Of a DNA stretch of 64,000 bases, positions 40,446 through 49,695 are shown in pieces. Under the pieces are notes generated by a model. It did not search any database and was not told the DNA's origin. It was given only the letters and a program-made list of their open reading frames with translations. Both the position numbers and the translations under genes were made by a program. Position 1 is the stretch's first letter; each line of letters begins with the position of its first letter. The stretch is taken from the NCBI GenBank assembly GCA_041649175.1, contig JBAZNR010000001.1:450332-514331 (forward strand), given 5' to 3'. This DNA is from Candidatus Omnitrophota bacterium (GTDB lineage: Bacteria; Omnitrophota; Gorgyraeia; Zapsychrales; JBAZNR01).

Positions 40446-41534
40446 CTAGATCCGCATCGGCAATACTAAATATAAATAATCATTGAGGCGTAAAACACCC
40501 GGCTTGTCCGGGCCCAAAAGTTCCAACTCAACAAACTCATTATCAATATTCTTAAGGACATCGATCAAGTAATGCGGATTGAATCCGACAATTAACTCTG
40601 CCCCTCCATAGGTGATGGCAATTTCTTCCCGGGATTCTCCCACATCCGGTGTTGTTTTTGAAACGATCAATTTATCTGTAAATACTTCAAATTTAACGGC
40701 TTGGAAGTCTGGTGTTGCTAAAAGATTGGCCCGCCTTATCGCTGATAAAAGGTCCAAACGGCTTGTTTTTATTTTAGGGATTGCTGCTTCCGGAATAACT
40801 TGTTTATAATTCGGAAATTCCCCTTCGATAATACGCGTTACAATTAAAGTACCATTGATATCGAACAAAATTTGGTTTGTCCCTACTAATAAAGATAGGT
40901 CGCCTTCATCTTTGAGGTTTCTAACAATTTCTTGAATGGCTTTACTGGGAATAATGGCGGTGATCTCTTTTTTTGTTGGGATAGATAACTTTTTCTCGAT
41001 CTTAGCTAAACGCCGGCCATCCGTTGCCACAACACAGATCTTATTTTCGGATATTTCAAACAAAATTCCATTTAGCACATATCTGGCTTCTTCATGAGAA
41101 ACAGCGAAAGATGTTAAGCGCAACATCTCTTTTAAAACGTTTTGTCCAATCTGGATCGCTTCTCTGTCTTTAAACTCCGGGAATTTTGGAAATTCTTCTT
41201 TAGGAAGACCAGTGAGTTTAAAATGACAATTTTGCCCTTCAATATCGATTTGATTGTTCTTTTTTGTTGTAATAATAATATCCCCTTCGGGTAATTCCTT
41301 AATAATATCACTGATTTTTTTTGCCGGGATCGTGATCGCACCTTCTTCAAGGATACTCACAGGAACTTCACAGGAAATTCCAATGTCCAAATCTGTTGTA
41401 TTGATACGAATGGCTTCGTTTTTTGTTTCAATAAGCATATTGGACAAAATAGGCAGCGAATTTTTTGAAGTTACGATGTTTTGGACAATTTGTATTCCGG
41501 AAAGAAGGTTTTGTTTTGTAGATTTTATTTTCAT
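40446..41534 (-). CDS. dnaN: DNA polymerase III beta sliding clamp
   Basis: 362 aa with three-domain clamp architecture, at the canonical position downstream of dnaA. Confidence 0.95.
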   Translation of the reverse strand: MKIKSTKQNLLSGIQIVQNIVTSKNSLPILSNMLIETKNEAIRINTTDLDIGISCEVPVSILEEGAITIPAKKISDIIKELPEGDIIITTKKNNQIDIEGQNCHFKLTGLPKEEFPKFPEFKDREAIQIGQNVLKEMLRLTSFAVSHEEARYVLNGILFEISENKICVVATDGRRLAKIEKKLSIPTKKEITAIIPSKAIQEIVRNLKDEGDLSLLVGTNQILFDINGTLIVTRIIEGEFPNYKQVIPEAAIPKIKTSRLDLLSAIRRANLLATPDFQAVKFEVFTDKLIVSKTTPDVGESREEIAITYGGAELIVGFNPHYLIDVLKNIDNEFVELELLGPDKPGVLRLNDYLYLVLPMRI

Positions 41535-41608
41535 GAGAACCTTTCTAACTAGTTAACATTTCGGAACGATTAAATATCTATTAAAACAGTATCAGTTGTA
41601 ATAGTGTT

Positions 41609-41617
41609 TGTGGATAA
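41609..41617. promoter_or_regulatory. Perfect DnaA box (TGTGGATAA = TTATCCACA on the opposite strand) in the dnaA-dnaN intergenic region
   Basis: An exact 9-mer consensus lies within the 162-bp A/T-rich dnaA-dnaN spacer. Confidence 0.55.
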
Positions 41618-41696
41618 GTTGAATAAGAATAAAACCATATTAATTACAATAAGTTATGTAAAAAAAGCCTGTTAATATCACTTGAATAAAAAACAA

Positions 41697-43037
41697 TCAT
41701 TGTTTAAGAGTTGTTATTAAGTTTTCAATGGTGTTCTTTAAGCGGTGGTCATTTTTTAAATCTCCATCAATTTTCTTCCAAGAATGTAAAACAGTCGTGT
41801 GATCTTTGCCTCCAAAAGCCGTGCCTATTTCCGGCAGAGAAAAATTGGTCAAATTTCTTGATAGATACATAGCAATTTGTCTGGGAAAAACGACATTTTT
41901 GGTACGTTTTTTTGTTTTAAGCTCTGATAAAGAAATGCTAAAGTGATCCGCCACCGTTTTTTGAATAACATCAATACTAATTAACTTAACTGTTTCTTTG
42001 ACCATGTCCTTTAAGATGAATTTAGCCATGTCTAGCGAAACAGATTTCTCCTCTAATAGAGAATAAGCGACAACACGGATCAAGGCACCTTCCAATTCCC
42101 GAATATTGGTTTTGATCTCTTGGGCGATAAAGTTAATGACTTCATCGGGGACTTTAACGGGTTCCCGTTCAATTTTCTTTCGCAGGATAGCAACGCGTGT
42201 TTCAAAATCCGGAGCCTGAATATCGGTGATCAGCCCCCAAGTAAAGCGTGACCTCAAACGCTCTTCTAAATTAGAGATCTCTTTGGGAGAACGATCGGAA
42301 GTGATGATGATCTGCTTTCGGTCGTTATGCAGAGCGTTAAAGGTGTGAAAGAATTCTTCCTGGGTGGATTCTTTTCCGGCGATAAATTGGATGTCGTCGA
42401 TCAAAAGCACGTCGACGTTTCGGTATTTTTGACGGAATTGAGGTGTTGAGCGATGCCGGATGGCATCAATAAGCTCGTTAGTGAAACGTTCGGAAGTGAT
42501 GTAGCAATGTTTGGTTTCCGGATTGCGGACGTGAATTTGGTGAACGATGGCTTGCAGTAAATGTGTTTTTCCTAAGCCTACGCCGCCGTAAATAAAAAGC
42601 GGATTGTAGGCTTTGGCCGGAGATTCAGCAACAGCAAGCGATGCCGCGTGGGCAAAACGGTTCGAAGAGCCGATCACAAAATTATCGAATGTAAAACGGG
42701 AATTTAAAGCGTTAGGAGGTGTTTGCGCCGCCGGGCCGGAATATTTTTCGGAAGGTTTGGAAGCACGATTGAGAAAATTTTCACCTAAAATATCGGGATT
42801 GACCGAAAACTCAACTTCAACGACCCTTTGAGAAATGTCTTTAAGGGACTCTCGGATGAGGGCCGAATAATGATCGACCACCCAAGTTTTAAAAAACTCA
42901 TCCGGTGTTTCGATCAGAAGCGATTCGGGGTTTTTTTCTTTGATGTTTAGAGAGGAAAACCACGTTTCGTAGGCGCTAGAACCCACTTTTTCTTTAATAG
43001 CGCTCTGGGCTTTTTCCCAGACAGCGGTTAAGCTCAT
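41697..43037 (-). CDS. dnaA: Chromosomal replication initiator protein DnaA
   Basis: 446 aa. It has Walker A 'GGVGLGKTHLLQA', an AAA+ core, and the C-terminal DNA-binding 'DHTTVLHS'. Confidence 0.97.
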   Translation of the reverse strand: MSLTAVWEKAQSAIKEKVGSSAYETWFSSLNIKEKNPESLLIETPDEFFKTWVVDHYSALIRESLKDISQRVVEVEFSVNPDILGENFLNRASKPSEKYSGPAAQTPPNALNSRFTFDNFVIGSSNRFAHAASLAVAESPAKAYNPLFIYGGVGLGKTHLLQAIVHQIHVRNPETKHCYITSERFTNELIDAIRHRSTPQFRQKYRNVDVLLIDDIQFIAGKESTQEEFFHTFNALHNDRKQIIITSDRSPKEISNLEERLRSRFTWGLITDIQAPDFETRVAILRKKIEREPVKVPDEVINFIAQEIKTNIRELEGALIRVVAYSLLEEKSVSLDMAKFILKDMVKETVKLISIDVIQKTVADHFSISLSELKTKKRTKNVVFPRQIAMYLSRNLTNFSLPEIGTAFGGKDHTTVLHSWKKIDGDLKNDHRLKNTIENLITTLKQ

Positions 43038-43495
43038 AAGAAAGACGACCTTTGCTTTTTAAAATACTTCCTTCGGGCAAAAAAACGGCTCCGACGGAAT
43101 TAACAGTTTTTCCACAGCGGTGAATTGCCACCGCTTAACCTCTTTGTCGTCGGAGGAGAAGAAAGACATGTAAAAAGTATTTTTTTTAAAAACGATTGAT
43201 CTTTTTTAAATTTTCAAACGTCCCTATTATAACAAACAATTGTTTTATTTCAATTCAAATTTTTTTGCCTCAAAAAATACCGAAAAATAAGGTACTCTTA
43301 TTTGATGGGCCAAAGCCCGTAAAAATTTTTAATAGGGCTTTGGCCTGCCGCAATTCTTTCTTAAAAGATCCCAATAATTAAGATGTTAACACTTGGTCAA
43401 AGAGCCTGTTTTATTCCATAGTGATCTTGTTTGAAAAATTCCCAACATGTTTAAAGCCAAGATGTTTTGTTCCTCGCTAATGAGTTTTAAAAAAC
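43038..43495. other. Putative replication origin (oriC) region upstream of dnaA
   Basis: A 458-bp non-coding A/T-rich tract (e.g. 43170-43300) lies between divergent dnaA and rpmH. It contains a 1-mismatch DnaA box TTTTCCACA (43108-43116) and several GATC sites. Together with the dnaA-dnaN box it may form a bipartite origin. Confidence 0.45.
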
Positions 43496-43523
43496 TTGAC
43501 TAAGCAAAGCGCTATGTTATAAT
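43496..43523 (+). promoter_or_regulatory. Candidate sigma70 promoter for rpmH (TTGACT-16-TGtTATAAT)
   Basis: The sequence TTGACTaagcaaagcgctaTGTTATAATtgacaaactATG implies a very short (near-leaderless) 5' UTR. Confidence 0.45.
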
Positions 43524-43532
43524 TGACAAACT

Positions 43533-43670
43533 ATGAAAAAACATTTACGCATTCCAACGCTGATAAAAGGCAAAAGAAAGCACGGTTTCCGTCGGAGAAT
43601 GAGCACACAAAACGGACGTGCGATTCTACGCAGGCGGCGCGCCCAAGGCCGCAAGCGGCTTGCAGTTTAA
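43533..43670 (+). CDS. rpmH: 50S ribosomal protein L34
   Basis: 45 aa: [45 protein letters not shown]. Absent from the ORF track (<60 aa), and overlapped by a spurious 99-aa ORF in another frame. Confidence 0.9.
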   Translation: MKKHLRIPTLIKGKRKHGFRRRMSTQNGRAILRRRRAQGRKRLAV

Positions 43671-43706
43671 CTCATCTGTCTACCGATTGCTCCATAAAAA
43701 AATTCC

Positions 43707-43916
43707 ATGAAACGATTTTTTTATCTATTGGTATGTGTTTATCAAAAAATCGGCGCATTGTTTTTTGTGTCTCCTTGCCGGTTTTATCCCACATGTTCTT
43801 CCTATGCTTTGGAAGCGGTTGATAAGTACGGTTTAATTAAAGGAATCCCTCGCGTACTTTGGCGTATTTTAAAATGTTCGCCTTTTTCTAAAGGCGGCTA
43901 CGATCCGGTGAAATAA
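43707..43916 (+). CDS. yidD: Membrane protein insertion efficiency factor YidD
   Basis: 69 aa. The motif 'YQKIGALFFVSPCRFYPTCSSYALEA' is the YidD signature. Confidence 0.85.
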   Translation: MKRFFYLLVCVYQKIGALFFVSPCRFYPTCSSYALEAVDKYGLIKGIPRVLWRILKCSPFSKGGYDPVK

Positions 43917-43920
43917 TCCT

Positions 43921-45540
43921 ATGGAAAAAAGAACTATTTTAGCAATAGCCTTATCTTTTCTCGTCATGTATGTTTACAACATGATGGTCACTTCTCAAGT
44001 TGCAAAAACTAAGGAAACTCAAGAGCAAAATATATCACAAGTAATTGAAAATAAACAAGTTATACATAGTGAAGAATCTAAGTTATCCGCAATAGAACCT
44101 GCGAAAATCCTGCCAAGCTCAGGCCAAAAAATATCGGAAGAAATCGTTTTGGTAGAGAACTCAAAAATAAAGTCAGAAATGTCCAATCTTGGCGGCGTTA
44201 TTAAGAGCGTCGAAATCAAAAAATACGGTTATCGTATGCCGGTCGTTGATGTTTTTGGATTGTCTGAATATTCCAGCCTTCCATTTTCTGTAACGAAAAA
44301 AAATGGAAACTCGATTTCTTATCTATGCAGAGACTCCAATTTAGAAATTGAGAAGCGATACGATTTTTCAGATGACACTGATGTTTTGACAGCCGCGATC
44401 AGCATAAAGAACGTATCCGGAGCGCCGATCATTAAAAACCTTTCCATCAATAGCTTTTCTATAGATACATCCAGATTGGACAATATCGTTGATCCCGAAA
44501 GAGACATAAGTCTTTTTGAATATTCGGTTTATTCCGGAAATATGGCTTTTCGCAGAGGGAATGCGTATAAATTTACCATTAAAGATACGAAAAAAACATC
44601 CGGCATGGTGAAATGGATCGGATTTCGCAATCGTTACTATGCAATATTCGTAAAGCCTGAATCCCAGGCCAAAGGATATCAAACCGATTTTGTAAATGAA
44701 AAGCGATTGAAACTTTCCATTGACCATGATGACGTTGCGATCAATCCCGGTGAAGTTTTCACATATTCCGCTAAAATCTACGTCGGGCCGCAAGATTTGA
44801 AATTACTTAAGAGCTACAAGCAGGGTTTTGAAGATATTATGGTATTTAGTAATTTTTCGCCCATTGATTGGGTTTCTAAACTTATTTTGAACGTTATGCA
44901 TATCATTTATAAAGTTATCCCGAATTGGGGCATTGCAATCATTCTTGTAAGTACTCTTGTCTTTTTAGCGATGTATCCTTTGACTTTTCATGGGATGAAG
45001 TCAATGAAGAAAATGCAAGCCATACAGCCTAAAATGGCCCAATTACGTGAACAGCACAAGAATAATCCTCAAAAAATGAACAAAGAAGTTATGGAATTAT
45101 ATAAGCAATACAATGTCAATCCTTTTAGCGGATGCTTGCCATTTTTGCTTCAAATGCCGGTATTTATAGCGCTTTATCAGGCTTTATGGCGCTCTGTAGA
45201 GTTTAAAGGAGCTCCATTTTTATGGATCAAAGATTTATCTGAACCGGACCGCCTTTTTGTTTTCGCTCAAAACCTGCCTATTATAGGGAATGAATTCAAT
45301 TTACTTCCGCTTCTTATGGCCGTTGTCATGTATTTTCAGCAGAAAATATCCATGAAATCAATGTCTTCAGCGGATCCAAATCAAGTTCTACAGCAAAAGA
45401 TCATGCTCGTATTCTTTCCAATTTTCTTAGGGTTTATATTTTATAAATTCTCAAGCGGACTATCTTTGTATTTTACCGTATTTTATCTTCTTTCGACAGT
45501 TTCTCAGTGGAAAATGTCCAAAATGAACTTCGAGAAATAA
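43921..45540 (+). CDS. yidC: Membrane protein insertase YidC
   Basis: 539 aa. It has an N-terminal TM, a periplasmic domain, and the 60-kDa IMP core (…PLTFHGMKSMKKMQAIQPKMAQLREQHK…). Confidence 0.92.
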   Translation: MEKRTILAIALSFLVMYVYNMMVTSQVAKTKETQEQNISQVIENKQVIHSEESKLSAIEPAKILPSSGQKISEEIVLVENSKIKSEMSNLGGVIKSVEIKKYGYRMPVVDVFGLSEYSSLPFSVTKKNGNSISYLCRDSNLEIEKRYDFSDDTDVLTAAISIKNVSGAPIIKNLSINSFSIDTSRLDNIVDPERDISLFEYSVYSGNMAFRRGNAYKFTIKDTKKTSGMVKWIGFRNRYYAIFVKPESQAKGYQTDFVNEKRLKLSIDHDDVAINPGEVFTYSAKIYVGPQDLKLLKSYKQGFEDIMVFSNFSPIDWVSKLILNVMHIIYKVIPNWGIAIILVSTLVFLAMYPLTFHGMKSMKKMQAIQPKMAQLREQHKNNPQKMNKEVMELYKQYNVNPFSGCLPFLLQMPVFIALYQALWRSVEFKGAPFLWIKDLSEPDRLFVFAQNLPIIGNEFNLLPLLMAVVMYFQQKISMKSMSSADPNQVLQQKIMLVFFPIFLGFIFYKFSSGLSLYFTVFYLLSTVSQWKMSKMNFEK

Positions 45541-45741
45541 ATGGAAAAAACCCAAAATAGCATTGAAGTAGAAGGGAAGACAGTCAAAGATGCTATAAAA
45601 AAGGCATTAGAATTGCTCAAGGTTCCTCGAAACGCGATATCAGTAAAGATCGTCTGCGAAGAGAAAAAAGGCCTTTTTGGATTGGATAGCGCAAAACCGG
45701 CAAAAATCATTGTCAGCGTAAATAAAGAAAAAAGACCTTGA
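45541..45741 (+). CDS. Jag/KhpB N-terminal domain protein (66 aa; KH/R3H parts absent)
   Basis: The sequence 'IEVEGKTVKDAIKKALELLKVPRNAISVKIVCEEKKGLFGL' is the Jag_N fold. The gene starts directly after the yidC stop. Confidence 0.6.
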   Translation: MEKTQNSIEVEGKTVKDAIKKALELLKVPRNAISVKIVCEEKKGLFGLDSAKPAKIIVSVNKEKRP

Positions 45742-45790
45742 TTTTCATAGACTCCATTATTAGAATAACGAAGGAATAAGCTTTTAGAAA

Positions 45791-45806
45791 TGTTTCACGT
45801 GAAACA
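45791..45806. promoter_or_regulatory. parS centromere-like site (TGTTTCACGTGAAACA, perfect palindrome) upstream of parA
   Basis: It matches the Firmicute/Proteobacterial parS consensus TGTTNCACGTGAAACA, and lies ~15 bp upstream of the parA ATG. Confidence 0.6.
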
Positions 45807-45820
45807 TTGGATATTGCCCC

Positions 45821-46663
45821 ATGGGAAAAGTCATTTCGGTATGTAATCAAAAAGGCGGCACAGGAAAAACCACTACCACTATCAATTTGTCCGCAGCATT
45901 AGCCTTATCCGGGAAAAAGATCCTTTTAGTTGATGCCGATCCTCAGGGAAATTCTACCAGCGGTTTAGGAATCAACAAAAATACCATCACCAAATCCATT
46001 TATAATGTTTTGCTGAATCAGCTCACCGTCGATGAAATAGCTTTGCCGACGGAAGTTCCTAATTTGAAAGTAGCTCCGTGTAATATTAATTTAACCGGAG
46101 CGGAAATTGAATTAGTTGGCGTTATTTCCAGAGAAACACGCCTAAAGAAAGCCTTAGAAAAAGCAAAGAACGACTATGATTATATTTTTATTGATTGTCC
46201 ACCGTCTCTAGGCTTGCTTACGCTGAATGCTTTGGTGGCGAGTGATTCGATCATTATTCCGATCCAGTGCGAGTTTTATGCCTTGGAAGGCGTATCACAA
46301 CTTCTTAAAACGATCAATTTAATCAAAGACGGATTGAATTCCAGTTTGGACATTGAAGGCGTTGTTTTGACTATGGCTGACTTCCGTACTAATTTAACAA
46401 ACGAAGTCATTAGTGAAATTAAAAGCTATTTTAAAGAACGAGTTTACAAAACGATCATTCCGCGCAACATTAAGCTGAGCGAAGCACCAAGCTTTGGAAA
46501 ACCAATTTCTCTTTATGAAAAAAGTTCCATTGGCGCCAAGCGTTATGAAGAATTAGCCAGAGAATTTTTAGGGGAAGCCTCCGGCGACAATGGCGGAAAT
46601 TATTCGCCGGAATTAGTCGCGTCACAGGAAAACATTTCGGATAAAGAAAAGGCGGGAGAATAA
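45821..46663 (+). CDS. parA: Chromosome partitioning ATPase ParA/Soj
   Basis: 280 aa. The deviant Walker A is 'KGGTGKTTT'. Confidence 0.92.
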   Translation: MGKVISVCNQKGGTGKTTTTINLSAALALSGKKILLVDADPQGNSTSGLGINKNTITKSIYNVLLNQLTVDEIALPTEVPNLKVAPCNINLTGAEIELVGVISRETRLKKALEKAKNDYDYIFIDCPPSLGLLTLNALVASDSIIIPIQCEFYALEGVSQLLKTINLIKDGLNSSLDIEGVVLTMADFRTNLTNEVISEIKSYFKERVYKTIIPRNIKLSEAPSFGKPISLYEKSSIGAKRYEELAREFLGEASGDNGGNYSPELVASQENISDKEKAGE

Positions 46664-46664
46664 A

Positions 46665-47507
46665 ATGGAAAATCGTGCTTTAGGAAAAGGCTTATCGGCG
46701 CTTATTCCCGAAAAAAATATTTCCGTAAAATCTGAATCAGTCACCTATCTTCGCACGACGGAGATCAAAGAAAATTCTCTACAGCCTCGTTTGGATTTTG
46801 ATGATGCCAAATTAGGTGATCTTATTTCGTCCATTAAAGAAAAAGGAGTTTTACAGCCGATCCTTGTTCGAAGAAAAGGCGATGGATACGAAGTGATCGC
46901 CGGCGAACGCCGTTTACGCGCGGCCAAGTCTTTGGATATGGAAGAAGTTCCGGTCGTTATCAAAAATGTTAACGACCAAGAAGCTTTAGTGATCGCCTTA
47001 GTTGAAAATATTCAGCGTGAAGAACTTAATGCCATTGAAGAAGCGCAGGCTTTCAAGAAGCTCATAGAAGATTTCAAATTTACGCAAGATGATGTGGCGC
47101 AATCAGTTGGGAAAGATAGAACAACCATCACCAATACACTGCGCCTTCTAAAGCTTCCTTTAGAGATACAAAAAGCTATTTCCGGTAATTCGATCTCTGT
47201 CGGCCATGGACGCGCGCTTTTAAGCATTGAAAATGAAAGTTTACAAAAGAAACTTTTTCTAAAAATTGTTAAAAATGGTTTGTCGGTCCGAGCCATTGAA
47301 CAACTGGTAAAGCCTGACGCGGACGATCAGGAAAAAAGAAAATCAAGCGCCCATAAAGATCATTACACCATCGATCTCGAAGAAGACCTGCAAAGAATTT
47401 TAGGAACAAAGGTAAGGATCAAAGCACAAAAAAAACAAGGGAAAATTATCATCGAATATTATTCATTAAACGATTTAGAACGAATCATGGGGATCATAAA
47501 AAAATGA
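46665..47507 (+). CDS. parB: Chromosome partitioning protein ParB/Spo0J
   Basis: 280 aa. It has the ParB N-terminal box 'GERRLRAAK' and an HTH. Confidence 0.92.
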   Translation: MENRALGKGLSALIPEKNISVKSESVTYLRTTEIKENSLQPRLDFDDAKLGDLISSIKEKGVLQPILVRRKGDGYEVIAGERRLRAAKSLDMEEVPVVIKNVNDQEALVIALVENIQREELNAIEEAQAFKKLIEDFKFTQDDVAQSVGKDRTTITNTLRLLKLPLEIQKAISGNSISVGHGRALLSIENESLQKKLFLKIVKNGLSVRAIEQLVKPDADDQEKRKSSAHKDHYTIDLEEDLQRILGTKVRIKAQKKQGKIIIEYYSLNDLERIMGIIKK

Positions 47508-48007
47508 AAGAACAAGTTCTTATTGTGGTAAAGCCCGACGGGCTGGCCAAATCTTTGACCGGGAATATCCTCACGCGCCTTTCCGAAACAAAACTAGAGA
47601 TCGTCGCGGCGCGCATGGTGCGCGTTGAGCGTGAACTCGCTGAGGAACATTATCAACACCTGAAAGACAAGCCGTTTTTCGGAGAAGTCATTCAATATCT
47701 GATGGGCGAATATCATAATCGCAAGAAAGTGATGGCCATGGTCTATTGGGGTGAAGATGCCATTGCCAAATGCCGCGGCCTCGCCGGCGCCACTAATCCG
47801 GAAGAAGCGGATGTGACCAGCATTCGTGGTTCTTACGGGCGCATCACCACTAAGGGTGTTTATGAAAATGTTATTCACGTTTCGGCTAATAAAGAAGATG
47901 CCGAACGCGAGATCAAATTATGGTTTTCTCCCGACGAGATCATCGTTGACCTTTACCCGGTCAAAGAAACAACAATCAATTCTTATAAAAAGAAGGTGTG
48001 GGCATGA
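47504..48007 (+). CDS. ndk: Nucleoside diphosphate kinase
   Basis: 167 aa. The sequence '…IVVKPDGLAKSL…NVIHVSANKEDAEREIKLWF' includes the active-site His. Confidence 0.95.
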   Translation: MKEQVLIVVKPDGLAKSLTGNILTRLSETKLEIVAARMVRVERELAEEHYQHLKDKPFFGEVIQYLMGEYHNRKKVMAMVYWGEDAIAKCRGLAGATNPEEADVTSIRGSYGRITTKGVYENVIHVSANKEDAEREIKLWFSPDEIIVDLYPVKETTINSYKKKVWA

Positions 48008-48825
48008 TCACAGGAATGACGGGTTTTGGTTCAACTGAATTTACCGCCAGTGGCGTGCGCGGCACCGTTGAGGTCAAAAGCGTTAATCATCGGTATTTAG
48101 ATATCGGATATTATTTACCGACGGGATTCGCGGCTGTTGAAAACCGTATTCGTCAACTCATTGAAGAAAAAATCGAACGCGGCCGAGTGATCATTGCTAT
48201 TAAAATCACTAACAAGCCGCAGCTCAGCGTTCATTTTAATAAAGAAGTCGCAAAAACATATTTGAAATACGCACATATCCTAAAGAAAGAACTTAACCTT
48301 AAAGGCGACCTGTCTTTAAGCGATATTATCCAGCTTCCGGGAATTGTGGAAACGAAAGAAACAACCATTGACCCTGAGGTTTTATGGCCGGCATTTGAGC
48401 GTGCGATTACTGGCGCTTTAAAAAGCTTGGTGACCATGCGAAAAAGAGAGGGGTCAAGCCTCGCCAAAGATATTAGTGAACAATTGAAACGTATGTCCTT
48501 ACAGGTCAATATGATACAGACGAGAGCAAAATTTATTCTCAAAGAAAAAAAGAAAACCCTTAATGGCGAAGAATTTTCTTCTTTAGAAAAAAGCTCTGAT
48601 GTGAATGAAGAACTTAAACGCCTGGCGCACCATGTGGATGAATTAAAACTTCTATTAAAAACAGATACGGCAGCAGGAAAAAAGATCGATTTTATTGCCC
48701 AAGAAATGCAGCGTGAAACCAATACCATCGGATCAAAACTGCAGGACAAACACATCTCCAATGCCGTTATTGCTTTAAAAAGTAAGATCGAAAAAATTCG
48801 CGAGCAATCTCAGAATGTCGAATAA
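48004..48825 (+). CDS. yicC: YicC-family stress-induced protein
   Basis: The sequence 'MITGMTGFGSTEF…VEVKSVNHRYLDI' is present. The ATG at 48004 has a GAAGGTG SD and overlaps the ndk stop. The ORF track starts 6 nt earlier at a GTG. Confidence 0.85.
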   Translation: MITGMTGFGSTEFTASGVRGTVEVKSVNHRYLDIGYYLPTGFAAVENRIRQLIEEKIERGRVIIAIKITNKPQLSVHFNKEVAKTYLKYAHILKKELNLKGDLSLSDIIQLPGIVETKETTIDPEVLWPAFERAITGALKSLVTMRKREGSSLAKDISEQLKRMSLQVNMIQTRAKFILKEKKKTLNGEEFSSLEKSSDVNEELKRLAHHVDELKLLLKTDTAAGKKIDFIAQEMQRETNTIGSKLQDKHISNAVIALKSKIEKIREQSQNVE

Positions 48826-48837
48826 CGCTTTGTGCTT

Positions 48838-49428
48838 ATGAAAAAAAGATCTGCCAAGCGCAAGGGACGGATTGTCATTATTTCCGGGCCTTCCGGGTCG
48901 GGGAAGACGACGCTCTACAAGAAGATACTTTTAAGTAGACGGCTCAAAGGAAAACTGCTAAAATCCGTTTCCGCGACAACAAGGTTACGGCGTCCGGGCG
49001 AGCGAAACGGCCGTGATTATTTCTTTTTAACGAAAGAAAAATTTTTACGCCTTAAAAAAAGCGGGCAATTTTTAGAATGGGAAAAAGTCTTTAGCGAATA
49101 TTATGGAACGCTAAAATCTCAAGTTTTAAAATTGTTACGCGCGGGAAAAAATGTTCTTTTATGTATTGATGTCAAAGGTGCCGAAACGGCCCTGCGGCAA
49201 TATTCCGACGCGTTAACGGTTTTTATCAAACCTCCGTCGGTAAAAATACTAAAAGACCGTTTAAGCCGGCGCGGTTCTGAGTCGAAAACAAGCCTTTCGG
49301 TGCGTTTAAAAAGAGTTCAGTTTGAAATGAGCAAAGCCGGAATGTATCAATATATTATTGTTAACGATCATCTTGCCAAAGCAACGAAAGAATTACAGCA
49401 CATTATCGAAAAAGAATTAGAAAAATAG
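48838..49428 (+). CDS. gmk: Guanylate kinase
   Basis: P-loop 'IVIISGPSGSGKTT'. The ORF-track start is a GTG at 48832; the first ATG is at 48838. Confidence 0.9.
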   Translation: MKKRSAKRKGRIVIISGPSGSGKTTLYKKILLSRRLKGKLLKSVSATTRLRRPGERNGRDYFFLTKEKFLRLKKSGQFLEWEKVFSEYYGTLKSQVLKLLRAGKNVLLCIDVKGAETALRQYSDALTVFIKPPSVKILKDRLSRRGSESKTSLSVRLKRVQFEMSKAGMYQYIIVNDHLAKATKELQHIIEKELEK

Positions 49429-49455
49429 TTTTTATTCAACCCTTAAGGAGGACAA

Positions 49456-49695
49456 ATGGCGTATCAACCACTGGAACAATTATTGCCCCGTGCAGCGGGA
49501 AGTATTTATAAGTTGATTTTATTAGCTTCCAAAAGAGCTTTGGAATTAGCTGATGGGCTGCCGCCCTTGATCGATTTTCCGTCACAAAAAACGGCGACCA
49601 TCGCCTTAGATGAGATCTTGGCGGGGAAAGTAGAGACCAAAGAAAGCGCTGAAATAGACGAGAAAGCAAGAAAAGCAAAAAAGGAAGATAAGTGA
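49456..49695 (+). CDS. rpoZ: DNA-directed RNA polymerase subunit omega
   Basis: 79 aa. The motif 'SIYKLILLASKRALEL' is present, and the gene follows gmk as in many bacteria. Confidence 0.85.
   Translation: MAYQPLEQLLPRAAGSIYKLILLASKRALELADGLPPLIDFPSQKTATIALDEILAGKVETKESAEIDEKARKAKKEDK

Noticed and set aside
43523-43822. 99-aa ORF (TTG start) spanning the rpmH/yidD region
   Set aside because: It is a wrong frame. The same DNA encodes L34 (43533-43670) and YidD (43707-43916) in other frames with unmistakable signatures.
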